A stretch of DNA of 64,000 nt, taken from contig OX597816.1 of NCBI GenBank assembly GCA_951406725.2, positions 165,354,001 through 165,418,000 on the forward strand. The letters are read 5' to 3'. Below the pieces are notes generated by a model. It saw nothing but the letters and a program-made list of their open reading frames with translations. It was not told where the DNA came from and made no database searches. Positions 24,769 through 38,050 of this stretch are shown piece after piece (position 1 is the stretch's first letter; every line of letters starts with the position of its first letter). A program made the position numbers and the translations under genes. Origin of the DNA: Octopus vulgaris. Its lineage: Eukaryota.

Positions 24769-25109
24769 CATGACGGGTTACATAAAAATCGGCAGTTGTT
24801 GTGTGAGGAATATACGTAATTGTAATTTTAAAACAATACAGATGATTGTTTATTACAAGTCATAATTTCATGCTTGGACACATCTGATAATTGGGAAGCA
24901 TTAACAAAAATCAATCATCACACTTCTGAAGAATTTGAATAATTAAAATTCATTCAGCAGACTTGAGATCTGCTTACTCCCACCACCCAAAGGTTACTAG
25001 CACATTATATATATATATGTATGTGCATGTATGTATTAGTGTATGTATGTATGTATGTGTGTGTATGCATATATCTATATATACATCTATATATATATAC
25101 ACACATATA

Positions 25110-25155
<46 letters not shown>

Positions 25156-25619
25156 CATAGAGTTAAAGAATTATGTATTCTCTACTTAGTAGTCTGTATT
25201 TTTTATGATCGATGTAAATATTTGTGTGTGTATATATACATACATACATACATTTGTTTATTTTTATGAATATATGTAGTTATATGTATCTGTATTTACA
25301 TGCAGATATTTAAAAATATATCAAGCCTAATTCTGTTTACCTACATCTCTATCTGCCTATCTATCTATCTATCTATCTATCTGTGTGTGGGTTTCGAAAA
25401 GTAATAAGTAACAGTAGAAGAACGAGGCATTTAGAATGAAATTCAAGCCTATTATTGAATGACTGAAGGAACTAGCAAATGAATGAGTGACTGAAGAAAA
25501 CCGGGCATGTACTTGAGATCCAATAAAACAGAGATGGATGCTACAGTTTGGACGAGTGGCAGCAACTGTAAGAAGGTAGCACTGCACTAACACAAGATAT
25601 AAACAGATTTCTTCATAGC

Positions 25620-25623
<4 letters not shown>

Positions 25624-25675
<52 letters not shown>

Positions 25676-25690
25676 CATTGTTATTATCAT
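25624..25690. repeat. (ATT)n microsatellite
   Basis: Directly visible. Confidence 0.95.
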
Positions 25691-27077
25691 GGATTGATTG
25701 ATAAAGAAGAGAAACAGGAATAAGATTAGTGATGTTGTTTAAAATACAAGATGTAGAACATCACCTCAAATGATTAATTCACTTCATTAACCGTAAACTT
25801 TTTAATGTGTGTGTGTATAAAAGTGTGTGTGTATAAAAGTATGTGTGTGTATAAAAGTATGTGTGTGTGTGTGTGTGTATATGCATGTATGTCAATGAAT
25901 GTACACCAACAAATATGGAAGGTAATTTACCATTAATTATGAAACAAACTGTGCATATTTCACACCTACATGTAGATAGAGACAGACAGATAGATGGAGA
26001 AGTAGAGGGATGGATACACAGGTAGATGGCTAGATAGAAAGACAGATAGCAGATAGGTAGACAGACGGACAGACTGAGAGACATACACACATATACAAGC
26101 ATACTCATGTATGAAGATTACTACCATATTTATGTTGGTTGAGCCTGTCTTGTTCCAGAGAAGACCACCTATTATTCTCCATTGTCGATAAATGACAGAC
26201 TCGGTCAAAGAGGTGATTAGAACCAGTAGCAAGAGGTGTTTAGCTTTACTTCCTCCATCCAATATCGTGTCTGCCGTCTCTATTCCTAATTCCAGAGTGA
26301 CTTTAGTAGTAAATATTGCAAATAGACTGGTGTAACATGAACACATACATACACATACGTATACAAACGCATACATACATACATACATAGACGTATATAC
26401 ATACACAGGCAAACAGAATGAATGAATAGCCAGCTTGGTATTTTTCCATATACTTCCTGTGGCAACTTAGAAAGTCACGCTAGTTGACAATTCAACAAGT
26501 GATGCTCGATGGAAACAAAATAAATAAATAAATAAATAAAAGTAAAAAAAATACCAAAAAAAAAAAAAAAGAAATCTAGTTGTTCTTAGAAGGTAAAGAG
26601 AAAGAAAGAAGTAGGAATTTAAAATGGATGTTCAGCGGAGATTATGATACAAAAATCCTTTTCCTTCGTAAGGTAGCAGTATGGTAACATGACACAGATC
26701 AGTTTGCTTAACTCCATGCACATTTAAGGTGTAAGCTTACTGAAATAGAAGCACCTGTACGTGAGTAGCTTCCGAGGAGGTTTGTGTGACAGGTGACTGC
26801 TATTTGAAATGGAAATGGTTTTATTATTTTTTTTTTTTTCTACCAGTCAAATCAAATTACGAAACGCAAAAGGAGAAAAAACCAAACCAAAGAAATAAAA
26901 CTTGGATTTGGAAACGGTAAACGGTTCTGAATTACATTCTAGATTTGGTTGGTTAAAAATAATAAAATAAATGAAATACTAAACCGATTTGCGCATTAAT
27001 GTCTTTGAATAGTATCTTGCTAAGAAATTTGTAATCTTTTAAAGATATTTAAGAATAAGCTACTAGAATATTAATAG

Positions 27078-27288
27078 TTTCAAATTTTGGCACAAGGCCA
27101 GCAATTTCATGGGAAGGAATTAAGTCAATTACATTGACCTCAGTATTCAACTGGTTCTTATTTTATTGACCTTGAAAGGATGAAAAGCAAAGTGGATGCT
27201 GGCAGAATTTGAACTCAGAGTGAAAAGATGGCCAAAATGATGCTAAGCATTTTGCCTGGCATGCTAATGATTCTGCTGTCTCCCCACT
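27078..27288 (-). mobile_element. SINE family C
   Basis: Family motifs; further copies at 27528-27720 (-) and 27760-27935 (+). Confidence 0.7.
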
Positions 27289-27319
27289 TTAATAATAATA
27301 ATAATAAACACCCTAATAA

Positions 27320-27525
27320 CTCCAAAAGATAACCTTGATGGGTACAGCCCATATACTACGGAAAGCACTCTCCATCTAAAGTGGAATAAATGTGGTGATA
27401 ATTGTAGCATGCATAGCAAAACAAAAATGCCCTTGCTACTCTTGGCCTCCAGCAGATGCCCAGCACTAAGGCAGCTGAAATAAAGTTATAATGAAAGGAA
27501 ACTATAAATAATAATAGCAATAATA
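27320..27525 (+). mobile_element. R4/Dong-clade non-LTR element 3' end with (TAA)n tail
   Basis: 27320-27379 reads LQKITLMGTAHILRKALSI*, the typical C-terminus of this clade; it sits in (TAA)n. Confidence 0.7.
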
Positions 27526-28444
27526 ATCCTTTCTATTTGGAAGCACACGGCTTCAAATTTGGGGGAAGGAATTAAGTTGATTACGTTGACCCCAGTATGC
27601 AATTGGTACATAACTTATTGACCCCCCCGAAAGGATGAAAGGCAAAGTTGACCTTGGCAGAATTTGCACTCAGAAAGTTGTGGCAAATGAAATATCACTA
27701 AACATTTTGTTTGTTGTGATGTTAAGCTGCCAGGATTGTTACCGCACTGGATAAAATGACTGGCAGAAACTTTTCTGACTCTTTGCAGTCTGAGTTCAAA
27801 TCCTGCCTGTACCAACTTTGCCTTTTAAATATTTCAAGGTCAATAAAACTAAGTACCAATCACATACTGGTGTCAACGTAATTCACTATGCTCTTCCCCT
27901 CTAAACTATTATTGGCTTTGTACCAAAATTAGAATGAATTATTCTTTGATTAAATTTTTAAAAAATACAAAAAGAATTTATTGTGAATAAAGGATATTTT
28001 GGGAGGATGAATAAGGAACAGTAAGCAGCAACAGAAAATGGCTCCAGAAACAATAAAACTATTACAGGAATGCCAAACCATAAAAAAAATACTGCAAGTT
28101 AGAACATTGAGATTTTTGTTGTTTTTTTCTTTCTTTTATCAATGACCAGGAACAAGCTCTGGCAGATGCCTGACTTTCAAGTGAACAAACAAGCAGGGTA
28201 TAAGAAAACAGAAAAGAACATTCAGCTGAGTAGATAGTTAAGAGTAATCAGTGAGGCTTGCTTTAATTTTACAACATAAAATCTTATTTATAGCAGCACA
28301 AAATCAGTGGGATGAATAAATAATAGACAAGTTACATGATTAAGCATAATTTCTCCAAGAAATGTTGGGTGATTCTGGTCAATTATTTCTGGTTTAACAC
28401 TCTTAATCTCCAGAACGAACATGTAAAAAATATACATAGTAAAG

Positions 28445-28805
28445 GATGGCTGTGTGGCAAGAAGCTTGCTTCCAACTTGGTCCTGAGATCAGTCCCACTG
28501 CATGGCACCTTGGGTAAGTGTTTTCTATCATAGCTTTGGGCCAACCAAAGCCTAGTGGGTGGATTTAGTGGATGGAAACTGAAGGAAGCCCATCATGTAC
28601 ATATCTATCTATAAGTGTGTGTCTTTATGTCTGACCCCTACCACCGCTTGACAGCTGGTGTTGGTGTGTTTATACACCCCATAACTTAATGGAATAAGTA
28701 CCAAGCTTAAAAAATATGTAATGGAGTTGATTCATCCAACAAAAAATCCCTCAAGGTGGTGCCCCAGAATGGTCACAACCCAAAGACTGAAACAAGATAA
28801 AAGAA
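28445..28805 (+). mobile_element. SINE family B
   Basis: Family head and tail motifs. Confidence 0.75.
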
Positions 28806-30929
28806 CTAAACAAAAACCTTCGAAATTTTAGCATGAATACATATCACCATAAGCCAATGCAAGGGCTGCTGCATTTAGCCCTTGGCCTGCAAAAAAAAAC
28901 AGGGGACAAATCTTTCAAGATATTCTCTTATCTCAAATTAAAACAAATCAGAGATAACAGAAAAAAAAAAAACCCTGCTTTTCTATAGCTTTAGTTGATC
29001 AGGACTATCCTACTTTACCAACAGGTACCCTTATTATTAGCTATCTTTCTCCTTTGCATCATTTCTTCCATAATCAAACACTGTTGGCATCACTCTCATT
29101 TCCAGAACTTCTCAATCACTGATTCTCCTCCTATTATTCTCTTTCTTCCCCATCATTTCATACATTTGTATTCCACCTCTTATCAATAATCCTTGTGTAG
29201 CTGGTTCCTTTATTTTACACACTATCACCTCACTTCTATCACTCTGGATCTCTTTTGCCACCCTCTTGTTTATGTTGCTTTTATCCAGTACCCTTACCAA
29301 CAACCCTCATCTAGATGTCCTTTCACACCAACAGTCTCTCTTCCATGCTCTTATTGCTTATTAATCTGGATTTTTATCTTTTACTCCCACCTCCAACTCC
29401 GGTTCTTCTACCTACTCTGGAAAAGAAAGAAATGACTATAAAGAAATAATGCAGAGGTTCTCTCCAGTCTGTAAAGGAAACCATTTAATACTGATAAAAA
29501 GAATAGCAAATATAGAGAAAGAGTGAGTACTCTTTAGTACTGCTGTAGACAAGACAATCTCTTTACTGTAATGGTCCTATAACCTTCTTTATCAACAGCC
29601 ACTTTTGAATTTGTGTTGCTTACCCATTGCCTTTTCCCCCCTCCTTAGCACATGAATGCTGGGAAAATGAGGGTTAAGTAATGAAGTTGTCTGTAGGTTT
29701 TAGCTAAACTAAATCTTCCATTTTCCTTACCATAAATAGCCATCTTTTACTCAATTATTTTCAAATGCCAGCTTTCATCCTTTTCCCATCTACTTTCCAC
29801 AAACTTTTCTCACACATGCACACACACACACACATATATATTCTTTTACACTGTAATCCTCGTAAGCTCCCAGTAAAATCCTTCATAAATAGAACTGAAT
29901 TAAATTGCCAAGAATCAAAATGACAATCCTACAGTTCTGTCCAATCCAAAATTAGCAAGGAAAAGAAAATTAATGTAAAAATGATCATAATGAAAACGAA
30001 GAAATATTTCACCAACACCATCGTTTGTGACTATGAAATATATCTTCTCATATATCCCCATTATTTAAACATTTGTTCTTCCCATGCGATAACAAAATAA
30101 ACAGTGTCCACAAGCATGGATTTGTCATCCTACCCACCACCTCCCTGACTACCCCGACCAATACCCATCAGTAGCAGCCTTCCACACCATCTTAATAATT
30201 TCTAATGACAGTTCTATTCTAATGTTGTCTTTCCCAGAAAACATCACTGTAATGAGAAATCGACTGCGACATATTTGAGTTGCCTGAGATTGAATAAATA
30301 ATCACATCTATAAGTAAAATAAAATAAAAATAGATCAATAAACACCAGAACAGGATATGAAGCTGTTTACTCAGTTTATAATTTGCTAAATTCAAAATTA
30401 AGAAGTTATTTACATTTTTCTCTTCAAACTCGTTTTTATTTATAAACTAAACTCATCTTGCCATATTACAATGAATTCCAGCCTGTATCATATGAAACAC
30501 ACATGTGATGGGTGTTTGCATCAAAAATCACTGACAATTATCATATATTTGCTGTAGAAATTGAAGGAGGTTGGGTGCTATCACACATCTATTCAATCAG
30601 TATAAAACAAACATTAAAAAAAAAAAGGAAGAAATAGTAGAAGCCTCTGGCCAGATTAAACCACTAAAAATCTTTGCCTGCAATATTTCCCACACATGAA
30701 ATCCTATGATACACTTACCACAGAGTTTCAATTGTGTTTCATGAGAAATTTTAATGAATGAAAGCTTTGTATATTTTTGTTAAATGATATCTCTACCCAA
30801 ACAACAGTATAAGAATTTCACTTGGAGAACTTGCCTACAGGACTTTTGATGACAAAATCAATTACAAAATTTACCAATAAAAATTACCTAGTCTTGGCAC
30901 AAGATTCCATTACCCTTTTGTTAACCAGA

Positions 30930-31265
30930 TTGTTTTCCAATTAATTGCATGGTCTCAGGTTCAGTCTCACTGCATGGTACCTGAGGGAAGTGTCTTCTAC
31001 TATAGCCATGGGTCAATCAAAGCCTTGTGAGTGGATTTAGCAGATGGAAACTGAAAGAAGCTTGTGAGGGGGGGGTCGCCCATCACCACTTGACAACTGG
31101 TATCGGTGTGTTTAAGTTCCCATAACTTGGCGGTTGTGGCAAAGAGAGTGATAGAATAAGTACTAGGCTTAAAAGACAACAAAAAATTACTGAGGTCACT
31201 TGATTTGACTAAAAATTCTTGAAGGTACTTCCCTAGCAAGTCACAGTCTAAAAAAAGAAACAGGT
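30930..31265 (+). mobile_element. SINE family B, diverged
   Basis: GGTTCAGTC.CACTGCATGG head and GATAGAATAAGTACTAGGCTT body. Confidence 0.7.
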
Positions 31266-31960
31266 ATAAGACACCAAAATACATACTAACTTAGAATTGT
31301 TGGAAATTCATACCCCTACACCTTATGGTGAACATCTTGAGATGAGAAAAATAAACAACAATGCTGGTGAAGGTTTACATAAAATTATCATTCCCAGAAA
31401 AAGAAAGTTGTATAAATATTGTCGATGCCAAAATAATTCAGTTGGAAACTATCCCAAATTAGAATTAAACAATAATTCTAGCAGAGACCAATTTAGTTGG
31501 CATTATATCAGACTCAGTCAGTATGAACAGTGAAAATGGTCTCTACCTGTAAAGGAAGCAAGATAGCTAGGAAGAGTGAAGAAAACATAATAGAAAATAG
31601 TGTTTAAAGGCAGTGGTACTGGTGCCACATGAAAGGCACAGGTGCCACGTAAAAGGCAGTGGTGCTGCTGCCATGTAAAAAGCACCCAATGCTCTCTGTA
31701 AAGTGGCAGGTGTTTGGAAGGGCATCCAACTGTAGAAACCATGTCAGTATAGACAATGGAGCTTGGTATAGCTCCTGGCATTGCTAGATCCGGTCAAACC
31801 ATTCAATCCGTGTCACCATTCCACCCCATTTCTTTTTACAATAGCAACAGTTTAAGCTTAATAATAATACTTTGTTGGGTGCATAAAATCCAAACTCCAT
31901 GCATGTATGATATTTTAAATGAGAAATATTTTTGCAGATGGAATGGGACATGATGATGGA

Positions 31961-32348
31961 TGGATGGAAGCACTCCATCGGTTACGACGACGAGGGTTCC
32001 GGTTGATCCGATCAACGGAACAGCCTGCTCGTGAAATTAACGTGTAAGTGGCTGAGCACTCCACAGACACGTGTACCCTTAACGTAGTTCTCGGGGATAT
32101 TCAGCGTGACACAGAGAGTGACAAGGCCGGCCCTTTGAAATACAGGTACAACAGAAACAGGAAGTAAGAGTGAGAGAAAGTTGTGGTGAAAGAGTACAGC
32201 AGGGATCACCACCATCCCTGCCGGAGCCTCGTGGAAGCTTTAGGTGTTTTCGCTCAATAAACACTCACAACGCCCGGTCTGGGAATCAAAACCGCGATCC
32301 TACGACCGCGAGTCCGCTGCCCTAATCACTGGGCCATTGCACCTCCAC
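31961..32348 (-). mobile_element. tRNA-derived SINE (family D1: head A, tail Z), full length, 13-bp TSD
   Basis: TSD ACATGATGATGGA at 31948-31960 and 32349-32361; A and B boxes; (TCCA)n tail; many CpGs retained, so probably young. Confidence 0.9.
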
Positions 32349-32399
32349 ACATGATGATGGAGTGGTACTGTAGATCAAAACAGGCTCAAAAAGACTGGA

Positions 32400-33640
32400 T
32401 GGAAGAGGACAGAAGGTAAGAGGTAAGCAATGTTCTGAATTGCAAGGAAGTGTAAAGGACCGGATTACGATGCTGAAATTACATGTACAGAGAATGACAC
32501 CAGCATATTTGTCCTTGATAAAACTAAAAAGAAAGTGACATGCAAATGTTATGTGCAGTTGTTAAATAAGGAGTAAGTATGAGGGGGGAAAGATATCAAT
32601 ACAGATGCATCCAACCAGGTCATGAAAGTTACCAAAAGAGTTAAAGCACAACTGATTAGGAAGAAAATCAACCAAATGGGATGTAGTTGGTGTTTATGCA
32701 GCACACTGCACTGCCAATGTTTTCTTAGTGAGACAGCTACAGAAGTACATAGCTAGGAGTGAGCCAGTCTGCCTAACTTTTGTTAATCTGGAGAAGGCTT
32801 TGGCAGAGTTTCATACTCTGTTGTCTGGTGGTTGCTACAAAAAAAAATTAGAAAAAAATGGTCTGTGAGAGAATTTCTAGCCATGATTATAGGTGCCATG
32901 TGCAAGGTAAGAATCAATGAGTTCATTGTGGAATTTAGCATGCAGAATGGTGTGTATCAAGACTCAGTTTTGAGCTTCCATCTGCCTAACAGACGAGTTC
33001 AAGATCAGTAGTCAATGTGAACTCCACTATGCTGGATTCAACTAGAGAAAAGTTTTAAAGTAGATGTAACAAAGACTAAAAGTTTAGTTAGCAAAAAGGT
33101 AAAAAAAAAAAAAAAGAAGAAAAGAAAAGAAAACCCAATACTGTGTTGTTGTGGTTGGGAAAGTGGCCAAGGTTGACACATGGAAAAAGAATTGGTAGGA
33201 ATTTCCTAAGGTGCACCTACTGTAAACAACAGATGCACAAGATGTAATAATGGGATCACAGGCAGATTGCCAAGGAAGGTAGACTTCATATGTGGCATAT
33301 GCAAAGAAGTTGGAGTAAGAGTACATGTGAAATAAAATCTCTGAAATGTCCAGAATGCTACCAAGACGTAGTTGATAGCTTTAGTTATCTAGGTAACCTA
33401 ATTAGCAGTGGAAGTGGGTGTTCCAAAAGCATAAGTGCCAGAATAAGAACTGGGTGGAGAAGATGAGGAATTTATTACTATTTCAGGTAACAAAAAAATG
33501 AAGGGCAGACTGTATGATGCTCTGAGAATGAAGGGCAGACAGTATGATGCCTTCAGAATGAAGGTCAGATTGCATGATGCTCTTAGAATGAATGGCAGAT
33601 TTTTTGATGATCGCAGAATGAAGGGTAGATTATATGATGC
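32400..33640 (+). mobile_element. Degenerate RTE-type LINE reverse transcriptase region
   Basis: Frameshifted motifs: QVMKV, FLVRQLQ, TFVNLEKA, GVYQDSVLS, ELHYA, VVDSFSYLG, KGRLYDA. Confidence 0.8.
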
Positions 33641-33645
33641 TCCCA
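33496..33645 (+). repeat. 30-bp tandem repeat x5 (AATGAAGGGCAGACTGTATGATGCTCTGAG-like)
   Basis: Directly visible; translates as (MKGRLYDALR)n. Confidence 0.9.
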
Positions 33646-34382
33646 TAAACCAGCGGACAAAAAGCCATGACATGGGCTCTGCTGGAAGGAATTTACCAAA
33701 CATACACAAGCACAAAAATAAAAGGAAAAATTGCCTTTCTCCAATGAAGTAGTCTCCCTACTATCACTATCCTTCCCCTATAACACCACCTATGTAATGA
33801 GGGACAGCAAACCCCTGAAACTGTCTATGTTATCTCTCTCCTACCAATACTCTTCTTTGCTGCTAACCAATCACTTTTCCTGTTACAAACTACATCTTTC
33901 CCTGTAATTCCTCATTACTATCAATCACTCCAACTCTCTTACATTCACCCATCACTATCTCTTATCACCCTCTCACATCTATTACTGGTTTTCTTTTATC
34001 ACTGCCCCTTTTAACTCTCTGATGCTAGTAAATGAACAAATGGAGATAAACTAGGCAGGATTCTATAATGCACAGCAAGGTTAGTAAAACAAGGTCAACT
34101 AGTCATAGATATCATATCAAAAATGGTTCACAGAAGTAAGATATTGTCTAACACATCTTGATGGGCAGCAATGCCAATTAAGAACTGTTCCAGTCTACCA
34201 TGATCTGCCGAACCCATTTCAGCAATAGAAAAGGGATGCAAACTATTGTTGATGATGATGATGATGATGAATATGTAGTTAACATTTGTGTAGATTGATA
34301 CAGACCAAAACCATCCATTAAAGCTGAAGTGTTTTTTGTCAATGTGCTGTGTGTATGCATGTGTTTGTGTACATGTGCTTAT

Positions 34383-34480
34383 GTGTGTGTGCATGAGAAG
34401 GTGTGGGTCTGTGTGTATGTGCATGAGAAGGTGTGGGTCTGTGTGTATGTGCATGAGAAGGTGTGGGTCTGTGTGCATGT
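34383..34480. repeat. 30-bp tandem repeat x3 (GTGTGTATGTGCATGAGAAGGTGTGGGTCT)
   Basis: Directly visible. Confidence 0.9.
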
Positions 34481-34860
34481 GGTCAAGATCCTAAGATGTG
34501 TAGGTCATTACAATTACATTGAGATGAAATTGTAAGAGTTCTGTGAAGGATCCATTAGAAGCGAGATGGAGATGTGACAGGGTCAGACTTAAGAAAATAT
34601 TGTCAGCAGTTCTGGAGGAAACACTGGAGTAGGATCTGCCGGGGGTTTCCTGATGGGATTCTAAATGATTAAGAGTGCAGCAGCTAAAGCGAAGGAAAAA
34701 TGATACAATTACAATGGATGATGACAGCTGGACGAAACACTGCTGTGATTTGTTTAGTGGTTAAGAAGTGGAGACTAATGAAAGAGTTGGGTTTTAATGT
34801 AACCAGAGATAAAGAGAGAGTGTGAAGGAGGTAATTATAACTCATGGAAATAATCAATAA
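34480..34860 (-). mobile_element. Possible decayed CR1/L2 endonuclease fragment
   Basis: Only faint motifs (ISGYIKTH resembling GDFNAH; LGS-DH). Confidence 0.3.
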
Positions 34861-35319
34861 CGACTAAAAGGGAAGAGAAGCAATAGTACCAATATATTTA
34901 ATTGATGCCAGCCAAGAAAGAGCCTCTATGTGGTGCTTGACTGGTTAGAAAAGCAGCGAAATTGCACAACGTTGAGAAAAAAAAATTAAAAAAAAGAGAA
35001 GAAATGTCTCAGAAAATGTAATAAACTGTATTTTTGAAAATATGGTATTGTTCTATTTAACCCTTTGTTGCCCTATTTTTGCTGAAATACACTTTGTTTG
35101 TTTGAATTAATTTAGAAAATAAGACTTTAATGAAGTAGCTTTGTCATCATTAAAACTTGTGTTTGGAGCATAAATTAACATGAAATATTAATGGAAAGAT
35201 TTTTCGGTAATCCCTCAACTATCGCAAGTGTTACGTTCCAACCCCAACCCCCACCCCGCAATAGCTGGAAATCTGCAAAGTAGAAACAGTACTGTAATGT
35301 GTATGCTTTTTAATTAATG

Positions 35320-35650
35320 AAAATTGTAGTAGTGATACCCGTGCCGGTGGCATGTAAAAAGCACCATCCGAATGTGGCCGATGCCAGTGCCGCCTTGACT
35401 GGCTTCTGTACCAGTGGCACATAAAAAACACCAACCGATCATGGCTGTTGCCACTCCTCTGGCACCTGTGCTGGTGGCACGTAAAATGCACCCACTACAC
35501 TCATGGAGTGCTTAGCGTTAGGAAGGGTATCCAGCTGTAAAAACCCTGCCGGATTAGACTGGAGCCTGGTGCAACCTCCTGACATCCCAGATCTTGGTCG
35601 AACCATCCAACCCATGCTAGCATGGAAAACGAATGATGATAATGATAATG
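35320..35650 (+). mobile_element. RTE-type LINE 3' end
   Basis: Family core and GAT tail. Confidence 0.8.
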
Positions 35651-36182
35651 AATTTGTATATATCAATTTTATTATAAATGCAAAACAACACCATGGAGGG
35701 ATTGACGTAAACTTAAATAATAAACCATGATATATGGCACAGGATTACTGTAATTTAATCACTTTAAAATAGGAAGTTTGCACTATAGGACCAGGGTTGG
35801 TCTCAAAACAGTTAATAATGAAAATTTATCATTAAGTAAAAGTTGCAACAAAAGGCCAACATTAGACATGGCTTCTTTCCAGATCTTATTCTTTAAGTAA
35901 TTAGTTGAACCATTCAACAAAATCTCGTAGAGTTTTCAGCCACATGCGCACATACAAACACACACATGCATAAAGTTGTCAGGAGTATGTTTCTAATTTC
36001 TTGGCAAGTCAATTCTGTATTGATAAAAATCTATTGTAAAATGTCCAAATTCAATTATTTCCTCAGTTATGTCTTTGACTCTCATTTAACCCTTTTCGAT
36101 ACCCAAACTGCCCAGGACTTCTTCCAGTTCTGATACAATAAAAAAAAATTTTTTTTTTAAATTAAAAAAAAGGAAAAAGTAA

Positions 36183-36397
36183 CCCATAAGCATTCAGATT
36201 ACTCAGTCAAACGTAATACTTATTTATTCACATTATTTTGAATTAATCATGAATTATCTTGTAGCTTTGAGATTTCAATGATGTCACTATACTTTTAGAA
36301 TGACATTGTAGGGTAGTTGTGCGAGGCCAGATCTGGGTAGTTTAAACATAAAACGGAATATTTTGGCTAGATATGGTCAGTTTAAATGCTAATGGGT
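36183..36397. mobile_element. piggyBac-like MITE, type 2
   Basis: Terminal inverted repeats AACCCATAAGCATT / AATGCTAATGGGTT in a near-TTAA context; fragmented copy at 53368-53880. Confidence 0.55.
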
Positions 36398-36708
36398 TGA
36401 AACTTTCTGCCATAATTTTCACCAATGCTTTCTTAATGTCCTCTTTTCTATGCTTACAGGAAATGGACAGTTTATTGCAGCAGATTTACTACATCCAGAT
36501 GCTTTTCCCGTGACCGACTCTCACCTGTTTCCAAGCAAGGAAGTATTTCTCCATGGTCAGGTATGCTTAGGCAGAACACTGGAAACAAATGACACTGCTT
36601 GTATGACAGTGACACTCATTTACAACTATCACGCTATGTCAAGACAAGGAGACACCCACACACTATATATATATACATACACACACATATATAAAGTGAA
36701 GTTGCTGT

Positions 36709-36890
36709 GAGTGGAATATCCAATGTTTCAGATTCAAGAAGAAGAGAAAAAGTCAAGTTGAGAGGATGTAAACTGACTTTTTTCTCTGCCCTGATGATGG
36801 ATTGAATCCAAAACATTGGATATTCCACTCTATATTTTTTCAAGTCTTGCCAACACAGAACTACTAGATTGCCTGATTATTATACATATA
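36709..36890. mobile_element. Fold-back element containing CTGATGA...(G)AAAC
   Basis: 36709-36737 is the reverse complement of 36802-36830; CTGATGA at 36791-36797. Confidence 0.5.
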
Positions 36891-37379
36891 TAGGCTGGAT
36901 GGTTTATCCACTCCTCATTTTTATTTATTTCTCCATTTTCTTATTGTCTATATATACATTAAACTATGGTTTACCTTTAAATTACCTACTGTCATATACC
37001 TTAAAACAAGGACCTTACTTACTGAGATAATTACCAGGAGTGCCTCTGGATATATCTACCCTTTAGAGGTTTCAGCACCTCTAACTTATATATGTATAAA
37101 ACACTGTAAAGTGGTTAGCATAAGGAAAGGCATCCAACAATACCAAACCAGATACTGATGGTTTCATGTTGAACCATCCAACCCATGCTAGCAAGAAAAA
37201 CAGACAGACTATGATAAACTTGCTCTACAATCTTAATGTAATTCAGTGTATATAATATTTGAGTAAATTGAAACGTAATGAATGCAGCTGGAATGGATTT
37301 CATGAGTGCCACAGATCTGATTGAACAAGTTTAAATGGAAGTTCAATGACAAGAATAAAATGCAGACTGCTATTATTAA

Positions 37380-37582
37380 CCCTTTTGTTACCATATTTCT
37401 GTTGCAATACATGGACTTCATTTCAATTAACTTTGAAAATAATTAACTATTTATAAAAATTACTTTGTCTTTAGAACACAAATATGAAAATTTTATGGAA
37501 GATTTTAATTTAGATCACTTTAAAATAGGAAGTTTATATCATAGAACCAGAGGCAGTCTCAAGACAGTTGGCATCAAATGGG
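37380..37582. mobile_element. piggyBac-like MITE, type 1 (~200 bp, TTAA on both sides)
   Basis: TTAA|CCCTTTTGTTACCA...TGGCATCAAATGGG|TTAA. Related copies near 35057, 36086, 38830, 39123, 39293, 46290 and 46578. Confidence 0.75.
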
Positions 37583-37614
37583 TTAACACTACTTCAAGTA
37601 ACATCAACATCGGT

Positions 37615-38050
37615 CATCATCATCATTGTTGTTTAATGTCCGTTTTCCATGCTGGCAAGGGTTGGATGGTTTGACTGGAGACAGGCAAGCCACGAGGCTG
37701 CACCAGGCTCCAATCTAATCTGGCAATGTTTCTACAGCTGGATGCCCTTCCTAATGCCAACCAGTCTGAGAGTGAAGTGGGTGCTTTTTACATGCCACCG
37801 GCACAGGAGCCAGTCAGACAGCAATGGCATCAGCCACAACTACAATTTCCATTTGATTGTGATTTGATTTTACTTGACTCAATAGGTCTCCTGAAGCACA
37901 GCATGTCACCTGATGATTCAAAGGTATTTTTGAATTGGCTGGTTATGCCACCTTGGTACAGGCTACAACTGTGATCTCACTTTGCTTGCCGGGTCTCCTC
38001 AATTATAGCATATCTCCAGAGATCTCAATCTTTTGCCATTGCCCCTGGGA
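37615..38050 (-). mobile_element. RTE-type LINE 3' end including the ORF2 C-terminus
   Basis: Minus strand ...AMAKD*DLWRYAIIEETRQAK* directly precedes the 3'UTR family sequence. Confidence 0.75.

Noticed and set aside
23817-24865. Long ORFs (up to 236 aa) rich in Y/I/H/M/C
   Set aside because: Translations of TA/TACA microsatellite; the same applies at 7571-7824, 59841-60137 and 63155-63601.
31313-31546. Minus-strand segment with a plausible acceptor and donor
   Set aside because: Stops in all three frames and no other support.
32270-32348. tRNA-like sequence with A and B boxes (also 19280-19350)
   Set aside because: SINE head: no complete acceptor stem, continues into the SINE body, and enclosed by TSDs.
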